From Nitrosopumilus sp. (GTDB lineage Archaea > Thermoproteota > Nitrososphaeria > Nitrososphaerales > Nitrosopumilaceae): 64,000 nucleotides of DNA. The stretch lies in assembly GCA_965197525.1 (NCBI GenBank), contig OZ240211.1:2112001-2176000 (forward strand), read 5' to 3'. Each line of letters begins with the position of its first letter. Position 1 is the first letter of the stretch. The translations under genes and the position numbers were made by a program. Shown one piece after another: positions 21,848 through 31,573 of the stretch. The notes below the pieces were generated by a model, which made no database searches, was not told the DNA's origin, and saw nothing but the letters and a program-made list of their open reading frames with translations.

Positions 21848-23753
21848 TTGTTTCCTCTAGCAGTCGTTCTATATGAGCTGATTTTTTAACAAAGTTACCA
21901 TATCTTCTTAACTCATCAAGATCTATCAGATCATATCTTCTCATTGTTTGAAATATTCTCTTTAATTCTGTTTTATCTAGTGGAATATCATGAGTATAAG
22001 TCTCCACAATTAAATCCACAAATGCTTTTTCAGGTGTTGCAATTGTAGAACCTTTGATCACACTGTACTCTCGTACAGCAATTATTCTATCAATATTTGG
22101 CATTTTCAATAACACACTCAATGAACTGTTATCAAGTTTGTTTACTATGGCAAACCGTTCATTAAACTCTCTGGATAGTAATTCAACAACGTGCTCACCT
22201 CTAGCAGGCAATGTGTGGATGGTATAGACTAGTTTTCCTCGAAAATTATGTAGATAAGATGCCAAGGTAGACAAAGCTGTAAATTGAAATTTGGAACCAC
22301 CATTTTCTTGAAGATATTCATGAAGATCTACTAATTCGTCAGTTAGCTTGTAGTGCTGTATGTGGGGGATTTCTATTTCTCGTTCTCGCACGCCTGATTT
22401 TTTTGGTTTTTCAGACCATTCATCTAGGAACTTGTTGACATCGCTGTTTCTTTGGCTAATCACTTCTTCAAAATTAGGATGTTCTGCAAGTATCTTTATC
22501 TCTGAGGCAATCATTCCAATTAGAAACAATGGGTTTTTTACAAATCTAAAAGATTCATTATCTTTGTTTATGATTACATTTATGTCAGAATTTTGTTTTT
22601 TAACTATGTATAATGGGGAATCTTCAATAGATTGAATGGATATTTTTATCAAGTTTTCTCCTATTTTAGTTTCAAAAGGTTCAGTACTGTTTAACAGTTC
22701 CTTTGAAATATTTGAACGTACACTACGATCAAGGTGTTTGGGAAGTGTATTTTCGTTAAAATAGCCAAAAATCGATTCTACAGATGCAGTACTCTCACTC
22801 TTAGATTTTGATGCACGATAAATTTCTCTGAATTCTTCTGATACCTTGAAAGCATTTTCAACTTCTTCATATTCGGGATCTGCAATGAACTTACTTTTGT
22901 TAAAGTTTACAGGAACGTGATCTAAATTTAACTCTCCGACAATCTTTGCATTTTCAGGGTGTGCCGCAAATCCAAATTTTTCGAATGCTTTTATCAACCT
23001 TCCATTACGAAATAAATTAATTCCGTAATGTCCTTTAATGGAACGTTTTTTTAACAATGCAACATACCCTGTTATTTCTCTTCCTGATTGTAATCTAATC
23101 TGTATTCTTGTTCTACTTCCCTCCGCAACATCTGGTTTTACTGAGTTACAATACACCGTGTTGATTTGAATTGAAACTTGACTTGTTTCCAAATAAGGAG
23201 AATATCTTATTCCAAAACTTTTTTTAAAATTTGAAACCTGATTTGGATATAATGGTATTTGTAATTCAGAGATAGATATTATTGTTCCATGCCAATTATC
23301 CTTTTCAGACAGTGTTTTTTCTGTTATAGTAAAATTTTTCCAGTTCTTGGATTCATCGTTTAGCCAAGTTTTTTCATCATATTTTGCACAATATTCTTTA
23401 TCCGAGCCAATCTTTGAAGTTACTATTACAAACTCTTTTCCCAAAGCTGAACATGCGCTTTTCATTCCAATTCCAAACTGTCCCAACTTTCCGCTTGTTT
23501 TAACTCCCCTTGCAATGGTCATAGCGTTTGTCAGATCGTCCTTGTCCATTCCATGACCATTGTCTTTAATTGTAATCTTTTTTTCTTTGAAATCTACATG
23601 GACGTCAATTTTTTCTCTAGTATCCAAAATTCTTGCATCAATAGAGTTATCTAGTAATTCTGCTATCGCTTGTTCCGTTTTATATCCAACGAGACCTAAT
23701 TTTTGAACTAACGACTTGTCGGGGGTAATGTCTACAGTGATGCCGTCGGTCAT
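21837..23753 (-). CDS. GHKL (MORC/Hsp90-like) ATPase + S5-like domain fused to C-terminal AbiEi-like domain
   Basis: 'AELLDNSIDA', 'DNGHGM', 'GQFGIGMKSA', 'HGT', 'LFRNGRLI'; C-terminal 'ATPEKAFVDL'. Confidence 0.8.
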   Translation of the reverse strand: MTDGITVDITPDKSLVQKLGLVGYKTEQAIAELLDNSIDARILDTREKIDVHVDFKEKKITIKDNGHGMDKDDLTNAMTIARGVKTSGKLGQFGIGMKSACSALGKEFVIVTSKIGSDKEYCAKYDEKTWLNDESKNWKNFTITEKTLSEKDNWHGTIISISELQIPLYPNQVSNFKKSFGIRYSPYLETSQVSIQINTVYCNSVKPDVAEGSRTRIQIRLQSGREITGYVALLKKRSIKGHYGINLFRNGRLIKAFEKFGFAAHPENAKIVGELNLDHVPVNFNKSKFIADPEYEEVENAFKVSEEFREIYRASKSKSESTASVESIFGYFNENTLPKHLDRSVRSNISKELLNSTEPFETKIGENLIKISIQSIEDSPLYIVKKQNSDINVIINKDNESFRFVKNPLFLIGMIASEIKILAEHPNFEEVISQRNSDVNKFLDEWSEKPKKSGVREREIEIPHIQHYKLTDELVDLHEYLQENGGSKFQFTALSTLASYLHNFRGKLVYTIHTLPARGEHVVELLSREFNERFAIVNKLDNSSLSVLLKMPNIDRIIAVREYSVIKGSTIATPEKAFVDLIVETYTHDIPLDKTELKRIFQTMRRYDLIDLDELRRYGNFVKKSAHIERLLEETNDG

Positions 23754-24247
23754 ATCAAAAGAATTTATATAAAGAATTTAAGCCTTTTTCTTTTTTTATA
23801 TTCATAATGAGCCTACATGTTTTAGATATAAAGTTTGTATATATTGTATAAAATCTAGAAAAATCAATTTTTTATAGATTTATATTCTTACCTTTGATGG
23901 AATTTAATTAGCGTCTCAGTCATGAATCTTATATTATGAATTTCATATGTCTTATTATTTAGATGATTTCAATTAAGGTGTTGATTAACTAAACGTTTGA
24001 TGTACCTAAATACGTGATAATTATCTTTATCCTTTATGGCATTGCAGGCGCTTCTTGCAGTTTTGATCTCTGATTCTTATGACATCTCCATGTGTTTTAG
24101 AGTATCTCGTTCTCGACGTGAATTTACTCTCATAGTCGCTACTAGTAACTCGTTAATATTTTTCCACATTTAGTGTGTACTAAAATCAACATTCTTTTAT
24201 TCGGGCATGCTCGTTACATTTTTAATTGAATCTACAAGTAATAATTT

Positions 24248-25267
24248 GTGGACGAGCCAGACAAAGAACTCTTAAATGAAATTCAGTGGACTTTTCCTTT
24301 GGTTTCACGGCCTTTTGATGCTATTGCTAAAAAATTCAATACGACTCCAGAGAATATCAAAGAACGATTAAATCAACTCAAAGAGATAGGGGTTTTACGA
24401 CAACTCAGCGCTATATTTGATACAAGGCGGTTGGGTTATACCAGTTCACTTGTTGCAATGGAGATAGAACATGATAAACTAGATTATGTCGCCAATCAGA
24501 TTAACCGTCATCCCGGCGTCAGTCATAACTATGAAAGAGACCATCAGTTTAATCTCTGGTTTACACTAGCTGTTCCGCCTGGCTCTGATCTAAAATCTGA
24601 GCTTGAAAAATTCAATGTACTGGAGGGAATCAAAAAAGTAAGAATGCTTCCAACTTTGCAACTATTCAAAATTGGCGTCAAACTAGATATGGTTGATGAT
24701 AAAAAACACGATGTCGCACCTACTGAGACCAAAAAAGAGGTTAGAAATATCGAATTTAATCCTACAGAAGACGACAAGGAATTTATCCGTCAACTACAAA
24801 AAGATTTGCCGATAATCGATGAGCCGTTTACAGAACCTGCAAAAAGCCTAGGATTGACCACAGATGAGCTATTTGAAAAAATGCGATACTATGAAGAGAT
24901 AGGTGTCATGCGAAGATTTGCTGCCATACTGCGACACAGACAGGTTGGATTTACTGCAAATGGCATGATTGTTTGGAAGGTGCCTCCGGATAGAATATCC
25001 CAAGTTGGACAGACGCTAGGAGCATTTCCTCAAGTCAGTCACTGTTATGAGCGACCAACATATGCTGATTGGCCTTTTAATGTATTTTCTATGATTCATT
25101 GTAAAACACATGATGAAGCAAATCAGATGGCAAAGACAATACAAGATCAAATACATGTTGACGAGTATAAGATCCTCTTTAGTTCACGTGAATTCAAAAA
25201 AACACGCGTGGAATATTTTGTAGAGCACTCATTTACACTTGATACCAACTTGGCATCTGTCGTTTAG
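24248..25267 (+). CDS. ahbAB: Fused siroheme decarboxylase AhbA/AhbB (Lrp/AsnC-like)
   Basis: Two Lrp-like halves: 'FPLVSRPF', 'VSHNYER..FNLWFTL', 'VSHCYERP...WPFNVFSMIH'. Confidence 0.88.
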   Translation: MDEPDKELLNEIQWTFPLVSRPFDAIAKKFNTTPENIKERLNQLKEIGVLRQLSAIFDTRRLGYTSSLVAMEIEHDKLDYVANQINRHPGVSHNYERDHQFNLWFTLAVPPGSDLKSELEKFNVLEGIKKVRMLPTLQLFKIGVKLDMVDDKKHDVAPTETKKEVRNIEFNPTEDDKEFIRQLQKDLPIIDEPFTEPAKSLGLTTDELFEKMRYYEEIGVMRRFAAILRHRQVGFTANGMIVWKVPPDRISQVGQTLGAFPQVSHCYERPTYADWPFNVFSMIHCKTHDEANQMAKTIQDQIHVDEYKILFSSREFKKTRVEYFVEHSFTLDTNLASVV

Positions 25268-25611
25268 AACTCGTTCTTGTCATGTCCTACTAGGTGTACT
25301 GTACAAAAATACTGGTCATTCATATTGCAATAGTACGACGAGTCTTCTCCACACAAATCACATGGGTATTTTTCATCATGCTCTGATAGTTTGACATGAT
25401 ATGCTTTGTTTTTGTGGGCAGTTACATTATTTTTACCATGACTCGCTGCATCCGGATGATGCATTACGTCTTTATTGCTTGTACTATCTCTACTCTTGGC
25501 TTTTTTAACTACTGCCTTCCATTTTCTATATCTGCCTGTTTTTGCTAGCTCTATCTGCTCTGTCGTATCTGGTGTTTTGTTTGAGTTAGATGATCTGTTC
25601 ATTTTATCCAA
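25264..25611 (-). CDS. Hypothetical protein with C-terminal Cys/His zinc finger
   Basis: 'CDLCGEDSSYYCNMNDQYFCTVH'. Confidence 0.65.
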   Translation of the reverse strand: MDKMNRSSNSNKTPDTTEQIELAKTGRYRKWKAVVKKAKSRDSTSNKDVMHHPDAASHGKNNVTAHKNKAYHVKLSEHDEKYPCDLCGEDSSYYCNMNDQYFCTVHLVGHDKNEF

Positions 25612-25612
25612 A

Positions 25613-26614
25613 TTAGCTGGTTTGAGGTGTTGCCTTTAATTCGTATGAAGGCCATGTGTTGTACAACTCTTCAATCTCTTTCATATCTGATGCAGACACA
25701 TACTCTCCTTTGTTGGTCATCTGGACATAATTGATAATATCTTCCTCGCTTGTTACTGTGGGGAATACTGATGCAAACCCTTTTTTTGTCATGATGAATT
25801 TCATGGCCAGTTCAGTTATCGTCAGTCCAGCTCTGTCTGCAATTGGTCTTAACTGTTCTACTTTTTTCAATGATGCCTTTACCCACTCCCCTTTTCTCAC
25901 TGATCTGTGATCTTTCTCATCAATCTTTGTGTCTGCATTTACCTTGCCAGTTAGAATTCCTGATGCTTCGGGCACCCGTATCAGTATTCCGACATTGGCA
26001 TCTTGTGCCTTTCTCATCAACTCATTGCCTGGGGTTTGCTCTAAAATATTGTAAACTGTCTGAACTGCACTGATGTTTGTTCTGTCCATCGCCTCCATTC
26101 CTTCTTGAGTCCATCCTATTGCAGGACCCAAAGCCACCTGATACGTGGTGACGGTTCCCTGTTTGATAAAACCATCAAGGACGTCAAATATTGAATCATC
26201 CCTAATATGCCTTAATTTTGGGTTGTGTAATCCATACATGTCTAGATGATCAGTCTGCAGTCTTTGCAGGCTGTCTCTTAACGCCTTTTTTGTAAAATCT
26301 TCATCAAATCTTTGTGGCAGTTCACTATGCCCTATCTGTTTGACTCCTGCAAAATCATATCCGTATTTTGTTGATATGACAACCTCATCTCGCATATCTT
26401 TGAATACCTGACCTATCAGTTTTTCACTCTTTCCCATTCCATACATGTCGCCTGTCTCAAAAAAATTAATTCCAAGATCATATGCTTTTTTTAGCATTCT
26501 TTTTGCTTCATCTTCTTCAATTTTTTTACCCCACCAGTCAAGCGCAATGGACCATGCGCCGAATCCTAATTCTGACACTTTGATATCGGTCTTTCCTAGT
26601 TTATTGTATCTCAA
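25613..26614 (-). CDS. Aldo/keto reductase
   Basis: 'VSELGFGAW', 'FETGDMYG', 'ISTKYG', 'SLQRLQTDHLDMYGLHNP'. Confidence 0.93.
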   Translation of the reverse strand: MRYNKLGKTDIKVSELGFGAWSIALDWWGKKIEEDEAKRMLKKAYDLGINFFETGDMYGMGKSEKLIGQVFKDMRDEVVISTKYGYDFAGVKQIGHSELPQRFDEDFTKKALRDSLQRLQTDHLDMYGLHNPKLRHIRDDSIFDVLDGFIKQGTVTTYQVALGPAIGWTQEGMEAMDRTNISAVQTVYNILEQTPGNELMRKAQDANVGILIRVPEASGILTGKVNADTKIDEKDHRSVRKGEWVKASLKKVEQLRPIADRAGLTITELAMKFIMTKKGFASVFPTVTSEEDIINYVQMTNKGEYVSASDMKEIEELYNTWPSYELKATPQTS

Positions 26615-26669
26615 TTTGTTTCTCTCTTTAGTCTGAGATATTTTTTGGGTATTTAAAAACTATCTTTTG

Positions 26670-26810
26670 GTAGCTGTATAGTTTTTTGAAGTTCATGACT
26701 ACAATAAGGAAATTTACGCTCAAACTTACATCTCTCATAAAACAGATAGTGATGATTGGTTGATATGATGTGCGTAGATCCTAGTTTACTTCAAAAAATT
26801 ACACAATTAC
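26670..26810. mobile_element. IS66-type MITE, copy 1 (141 bp)
   Basis: ~23-bp imperfect TIRs GTRRYTGTRTARTTTTTTGAAGT; near-identical copy at 44081-44220. Confidence 0.85.
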
Positions 26811-27059
26811 TCAAATATCAATTATTTTTTCAATGTCTTGAATTTTTTGTGGATTCAAAGAATATTGCTTTCCATAACTTGTAGGATGATTCAAAATAAG
26901 ATTCAGTCTGACTAGTTTTTTTATTGCTTTTTCAACATTTCCTTTTTCATTTGATGAAAAACTTCTTTTTAGGGAATCAAGTGATGTATGTTTTGCGCCA
27001 ATGTATCTGTGATAAAACATTTTTCTGAGTATTGCCTTACCAGGCTTGTCAAGAGCCAT
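26811..27059 (-). CDS. Small basic wHTH-like hypothetical protein
   Basis: 82 aa; 'VEKAIKKLVRLNLI..HPTSYGKQYSLNP'. Confidence 0.65.
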   Translation of the reverse strand: MALDKPGKAILRKMFYHRYIGAKHTSLDSLKRSFSSNEKGNVEKAIKKLVRLNLILNHPTSYGKQYSLNPQKIQDIEKIIDI

Positions 27060-27155
27060 TATGTAATGAAATACATAACACTGTATTTAATTATTATGTA
27101 ATGAATTACTCTGTAATAGATAAAATATTATATATTAAAAACATTATACAAAAGT

Positions 27156-27494
27156 ATGAAAGAAGATAAAGAGATAGGAGCACTTCAGAGTGTCTTTCCA
27201 TGCTCTGAATCAAAGATATTAGATCATATGATACCAATGAAAGATTTTGACTATTCCATTACTGAGATTTCTAAAATATCTGGCATTGGGTTTAAGACAA
27301 CTTTGGAGATAATTCACAAAATGGAATCTCAAGAGGTGTTCAAGCATATTCGAGATGTAGGGCGCTCAAAGATGTATCAGTTTGATGACAAGTCTCAACA
27401 AGGAAAATCGATTGAAAAAATGGCATTTGAGATTGCAAAAAGGAGAATTTACAAAACCATTGGTCAACAAAAGGAGGAGAAAATAAAAAAATAA
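27156..27494 (+). CDS. Winged-helix regulator
   Basis: 'YSITEISKISGIGFKTTLEII', 'VGRSKMYQF'. Confidence 0.75.
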   Translation: MKEDKEIGALQSVFPCSESKILDHMIPMKDFDYSITEISKISGIGFKTTLEIIHKMESQEVFKHIRDVGRSKMYQFDDKSQQGKSIEKMAFEIAKRRIYKTIGQQKEEKIKK

Positions 27495-27687
27495 TTTTAC
27501 TGTAAATTATGTCAAAATTAATAATAGAGATTATGGGCAATCTAGATTATGCATAATTTATTCAAACCTAACAATTGATCAATTTTAATCTTTTGTATTA
27601 CCATCACACATGTTTTTTGTCTATGATGATATGCTGTTTATGTATATTCTATCATCAAAATTTGCTATTTTTTTATTGTTTTTGGGC

Positions 27688-28359
27688 TTACCCCAAACTA
27701 GAAATTAATGGCACAACATCTTTTTTGATGCACACGATCATAGGTATGTCATTTTTAACATATGTGGATACTTGCGTCTCTCTTAACTCCATGATGAGAT
27801 CCTGGAAATCTCTGATGTCATCTACTTCAAATGCCAACATAAAGTCTTCATCATGTATGCCAAACGAGTATGTTGTATTGAGAACAATTTGTGGATATTT
27901 CTTGCTTACAGCTATATGCTCGTCCATTATCTCTTGGCGTTTCTCTTTTGGTAATAGGTACCACTCCCTTGTCTTTGTAAATGGGTATACGATAACATGT
28001 TTTTTTGGCTCATTCTGTGCAAGAAATCCTGCCGGTTTTTGTTCTTGTATGTATAGTGACGGTCTAGTACATGACAGATATGTTCTTGATGGAATAATGT
28101 ATTTTCCAAATACTGTTGTGTATATTTTCTCAATCGCTCTTTGGATCTCTTCTACTGTCTTTGCTGCAAACCAAAACATAAAATCTGCATCATCTCTCAA
28201 TCCTAGATTCGAATATGATCTGAACATTATCTTAGAGTTCTTCAGTACGGTCTCAACTTCTTTGGCTGATTCTTCTTTTGCCAAATCTGCCATCCACCTC
28301 CATTTGGGGTCTATTTTGAAAAATGAGAAGTTAAAATAGTATTGTTCATCTTCTGACAT
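27688..28359 (-). CDS. Chlorite dismutase-family heme protein (ChdC/HemQ-like)
   Basis: 'YSNLGLRDDADFMFW', 'YPFTKTREWYLL', 'MDEHI', 'FGIHDEDFMLAFE'. Confidence 0.9.
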   Translation of the reverse strand: MSEDEQYYFNFSFFKIDPKWRWMADLAKEESAKEVETVLKNSKIMFRSYSNLGLRDDADFMFWFAAKTVEEIQRAIEKIYTTVFGKYIIPSRTYLSCTRPSLYIQEQKPAGFLAQNEPKKHVIVYPFTKTREWYLLPKEKRQEIMDEHIAVSKKYPQIVLNTTYSFGIHDEDFMLAFEVDDIRDFQDLIMELRETQVSTYVKNDIPMIVCIKKDVVPLISSLG

Positions 28360-28424
28360 ATTTGTTTAATCTTATTAACCCTAATTTAAACAACAAAACA
28401 AATGTAGGTGTGAGTTAAACCATG
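28344..28424. repeat. 81-bp direct repeat, copy 1 (first codons and upstream region of chlorite-dismutase-family gene)
   Basis: 76/81 identical to 30610-30690. Confidence 0.95.
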
Positions 28425-28719
28425 CCTAGCCGGCCACATCTGCACTAGAAATATAGTCTCTCATGTGTAATGGCAGATCTGTTTGGAGAAAATGAGCAAT
28501 CAAATTTGGATAATCTTTATGATGATGTAAAGTCAAAAATGACAAGTAGTAAATAACAAGTTGCGAGAAGAGTGCACTGAAATCCAAGGTAGATATAATC
28601 ATGATAGGATATCCGTACTTTTTTATAACTAACACTAAATCTTTCTCTATACTACCAATAGTTGATGAATCGTTTACACAAATATCAATAAAAAATATCT
28701 TTATCGCACAAAAATTAAT

Positions 28720-29685
28720 CTAAAATCTCAGTTTTCTATTTTTATCTTGAAATTTTTTAAATTTCTCTTTTAATAAACCCCTGAATTTTTCTAAATCAAA
28801 CGTAATAGTACCATGAATTGCAGTCTCTCCATCTTCTATATTTGCATATATCTTTAAAATAAACAGATCTGGTATTGTTAGTCCTATCTTAGAATACGCC
28901 ATCTCATAAAGTCTAAGTGACGGAGTAATCGTATCTACCTTACAATTTGCTGACGGATCAATGATTATCAATCTTTGAAGTTCAAGCAAAAATTTTGGAT
29001 CTTGTATTTCTAGAAGTGTCCTCTGAAATTCTAGTAAAAATTTTCGGGCATTTTCTTTTTCTAATGCCATTTTATCGGACTTTGCTATTTTGTTTCGAAG
29101 TGCTTCTGTCATTAAAGAGTTAATTTCATCTTGCGGTAAGATATGATTAATTCTAAATTCTATGTTTCTAACTGCAAATGACGTAAAATCTGAATACCAC
29201 ATCCTTGCATAGTCTAAAACTAACTCAAAATCTACAATTATTTTCCCATCTTTTATTGAATTTACGCTACTTACCTGTCTGTGAACTAGTTTATCAATAA
29301 GATCTGATGAAAACCTAGTCCTAAAAATTATAATCACTAAATTAGATTTTACATCTGAAAAAATTCTTGGAAAATCTATAGTTAATTTATTATCGTTCCA
29401 TCTCATTAATCCCATATCTATTAGGTTTTCATTACTCATACCTGTACCTGTCGCCTCTAACGCTTCAAGAGTAATTTTTTTCAATGTTTTTGATCTGAGA
29501 AAATTTTTAAAAGTGGTAACTCTGGATTTTTGATCACCCATATTCAAATCAATTCTGTATTCTACCTCTTTTCTTGCTTGATAAATTACAATACCTTCAT
29601 GCGAAATAATTTTTTCCGATTTTAGCTTCTGAACAATATTTGTAGCGCTACCTAACAAACCATTTACAAGTGCTATGTCTAACAA
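28720..29685 (-). CDS. Hypothetical protein (321 aa) in direct-repeat-bounded insert
   Basis: Long AT-rich ORF, no motif recognised. Confidence 0.75.
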   Translation of the reverse strand: MLDIALVNGLLGSATNIVQKLKSEKIISHEGIVIYQARKEVEYRIDLNMGDQKSRVTTFKNFLRSKTLKKITLEALEATGTGMSNENLIDMGLMRWNDNKLTIDFPRIFSDVKSNLVIIIFRTRFSSDLIDKLVHRQVSSVNSIKDGKIIVDFELVLDYARMWYSDFTSFAVRNIEFRINHILPQDEINSLMTEALRNKIAKSDKMALEKENARKFLLEFQRTLLEIQDPKFLLELQRLIIIDPSANCKVDTITPSLRLYEMAYSKIGLTIPDLFILKIYANIEDGETAIHGTITFDLEKFRGLLKEKFKKFQDKNRKLRF

Positions 29686-29692
29686 TTTATTT

Positions 29693-30472
29693 TCAATTCG
29701 GAATCATAAGAAGACGAGTTTTTTGTTTTTCAATCTGTTCAGAGATAGGAATTGTTTGGTCACTCTCACATTCAATTATTATTGGGATTTCTTTAAGAAC
29801 ATCTTCGTATTTTGTATTATTGACATCATAGTATGTTGCTCCCATTCTTATCATGCCATTTCCTTTACCTTTAATTGATATATTCTGAACAGGTGGCTGT
29901 TCTGATTTTAATGCAATCTCTTTTAATTCGGGATTATTTCTTGTAATTTCAACTGTTAGATTATCTGTTGTTGTGAGATCGATAAAGTAAGACAAGTCAT
30001 ACAGTGCAGCCGTCCCAACATACTTGATCTTCATTGAGAATTGTTCAGGCTGAGGACTATATCTTGATATTTGTATGCTGTCTGGTGTTGCTTTAAGAAC
30101 TTTGAGCATTGGTCTAGTTACAACGTTTTCACAATGAATTGTTTGGACCTTTTTTCCATAAACAATATCTATCTCATAAGATATCTTTCTTTCACTAGAT
30201 GGAATTGTTGTATAACGTGAGGTAAATCCAAAAAACCCATCAATCTGAATCATGTTTTTAGGAATAGTGATTTTTCCATCCCATGTATCGTCATTTTTAC
30301 ATATTTCTTCATTAATATTGAACAAACGAAACACCTCAATATCTGCCTCATAACGAAGAATAATTTTATCAAAAACTACACCTTTTTTCCATTTTATCCA
30401 ACAGGATGAATGTTCTCTAGGTAAAACTTTAGGACTAATGTATTTGTCAGTAATTGATATTATATTTTCCAA
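29693..30472 (-). CDS. Hypothetical beta-rich protein (259 aa) in direct-repeat-bounded insert
   Basis: Long ORF ending 7 nt before partner starts. Confidence 0.75.
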   Translation of the reverse strand: MENIISITDKYISPKVLPREHSSCWIKWKKGVVFDKIILRYEADIEVFRLFNINEEICKNDDTWDGKITIPKNMIQIDGFFGFTSRYTTIPSSERKISYEIDIVYGKKVQTIHCENVVTRPMLKVLKATPDSIQISRYSPQPEQFSMKIKYVGTAALYDLSYFIDLTTTDNLTVEITRNNPELKEIALKSEQPPVQNISIKGKGNGMIRMGATYYDVNNTKYEDVLKEIPIIIECESDQTIPISEQIEKQKTRLLMIPN

Positions 30473-30609
30473 TTAATATAAAATGAATATTGTACTTAAT
30501 TAAAGGTTGTGTGGTATCTAGTTTATTGCATAACTCCGAATCTCGGGCACGAAATGCCTGTTCTTCAATAACTGTCTAGGCACGTTTGAGTGGGTTGTGC
30601 AACTAACTA

Positions 30610-30690
30610 GTTCATCTTCTGACATATTTGTTTAATCTTATTAACCCTAGTTTAAACAACAAAACAAATCTAAGTATGAGTTAAACCGTG
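30610..30690. repeat. 81-bp direct repeat, copy 2
   Basis: Offset 2266 bp from copy 1. Confidence 0.95.
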
Positions 30691-30696
30691 ATGTAA

Positions 30697-31470
30697 TCAC
30701 ACCGTCTGCTGCTCTAAAGCCCACTCGTATCCTTCTTTCTCTAGTTTGTCAGCCAATGATGCATCCCCAGTCTTTAGCACCTTGCCTTGGGCAAACACAT
30801 GTACATAATCCAACCTGTCTAAAAATTTCAAAATCCTGGCATAATGCGTGATGATGATTACTATTGCATCCTTGTTTGAAACTTTGCTGATTGCTTGGGC
30901 AACTGCCTGAACTGCATCAATATCCAATCCTGAATCAGGTTCATCTAGTATGGAGATTTTGGGTTTTAACACTGCCATCTGTAACACTTCGGCACGTTTC
31001 TTCTCACCGCCTGAGAACCCCTCATTGAGATATCTTGACAAGAATTCCTCTTTTAATCCCACTTTCTCTAAATTTTCTTTGAGATACTTTTGAAACTCTC
31101 TTACTGTAATGAATACCTCCCTGTCATCTCCTTCTAGTGCCTTACTAAGAGAGTTATACGCTGTTCTCAGAAAATGAGAGAATCCTACTCCTGCAACCTC
31201 AGTAGGGTACTGAAACCCTAAAAATAATCCTTTTTTTGCCCTCTCATCTGCTGTTAACTCTAAAATGCTCTCTCCATCAAGTAAAATGTCTCCTTTGGTG
31301 ACTTGATATTTTGGATGTGCAAGCAAAGTATACGCTAATGTGCTCTTTCCTGAGCCATTTGGGCCCATAATTGCATGTACCTGTCCTGGTTCTGTCTTCA
31401 AATTGACTCCTTTGAGTATCTCCTTACCATCCCTTGTCACATAAAGGTCTCTGATCTCTAATACTGCCAT
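30697..31470 (-). CDS. sufC: Fe-S assembly ATPase SufC
   Basis: 'GPNGSGKST', 'FQYPTEVAGV', 'NEGFSGGEKKR', 'ILDEPDSGLD', 'ITHY'. Confidence 0.96.
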   Translation of the reverse strand: MAVLEIRDLYVTRDGKEILKGVNLKTEPGQVHAIMGPNGSGKSTLAYTLLAHPKYQVTKGDILLDGESILELTADERAKKGLFLGFQYPTEVAGVGFSHFLRTAYNSLSKALEGDDREVFITVREFQKYLKENLEKVGLKEEFLSRYLNEGFSGGEKKRAEVLQMAVLKPKISILDEPDSGLDIDAVQAVAQAISKVSNKDAIVIIITHYARILKFLDRLDYVHVFAQGKVLKTGDASLADKLEKEGYEWALEQQTV

Positions 31471-31573
31471 ATGCTGATCTTGATATGATTCTCTATATAA
31501 TACAGACGAAATTTAGCTGATCCTAACCGCATCTAATATAATTAAAAAAAGAAAGGGATTTTTAGAAATTCCT

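Noticed and set aside
27575-28339. 254-aa + strand ORF
   Set aside because: Antisense shadow of the chlorite-dismutase-family gene; no protein-like motifs
30697-31470. sufC separated from sufBD by 25 kb, and heme genes split in two blocks
   Set aside because: I recall a similar arrangement in Nitrosopumilus-type genomes and see no breakpoint scars; not treated as a rearrangement, though unverified
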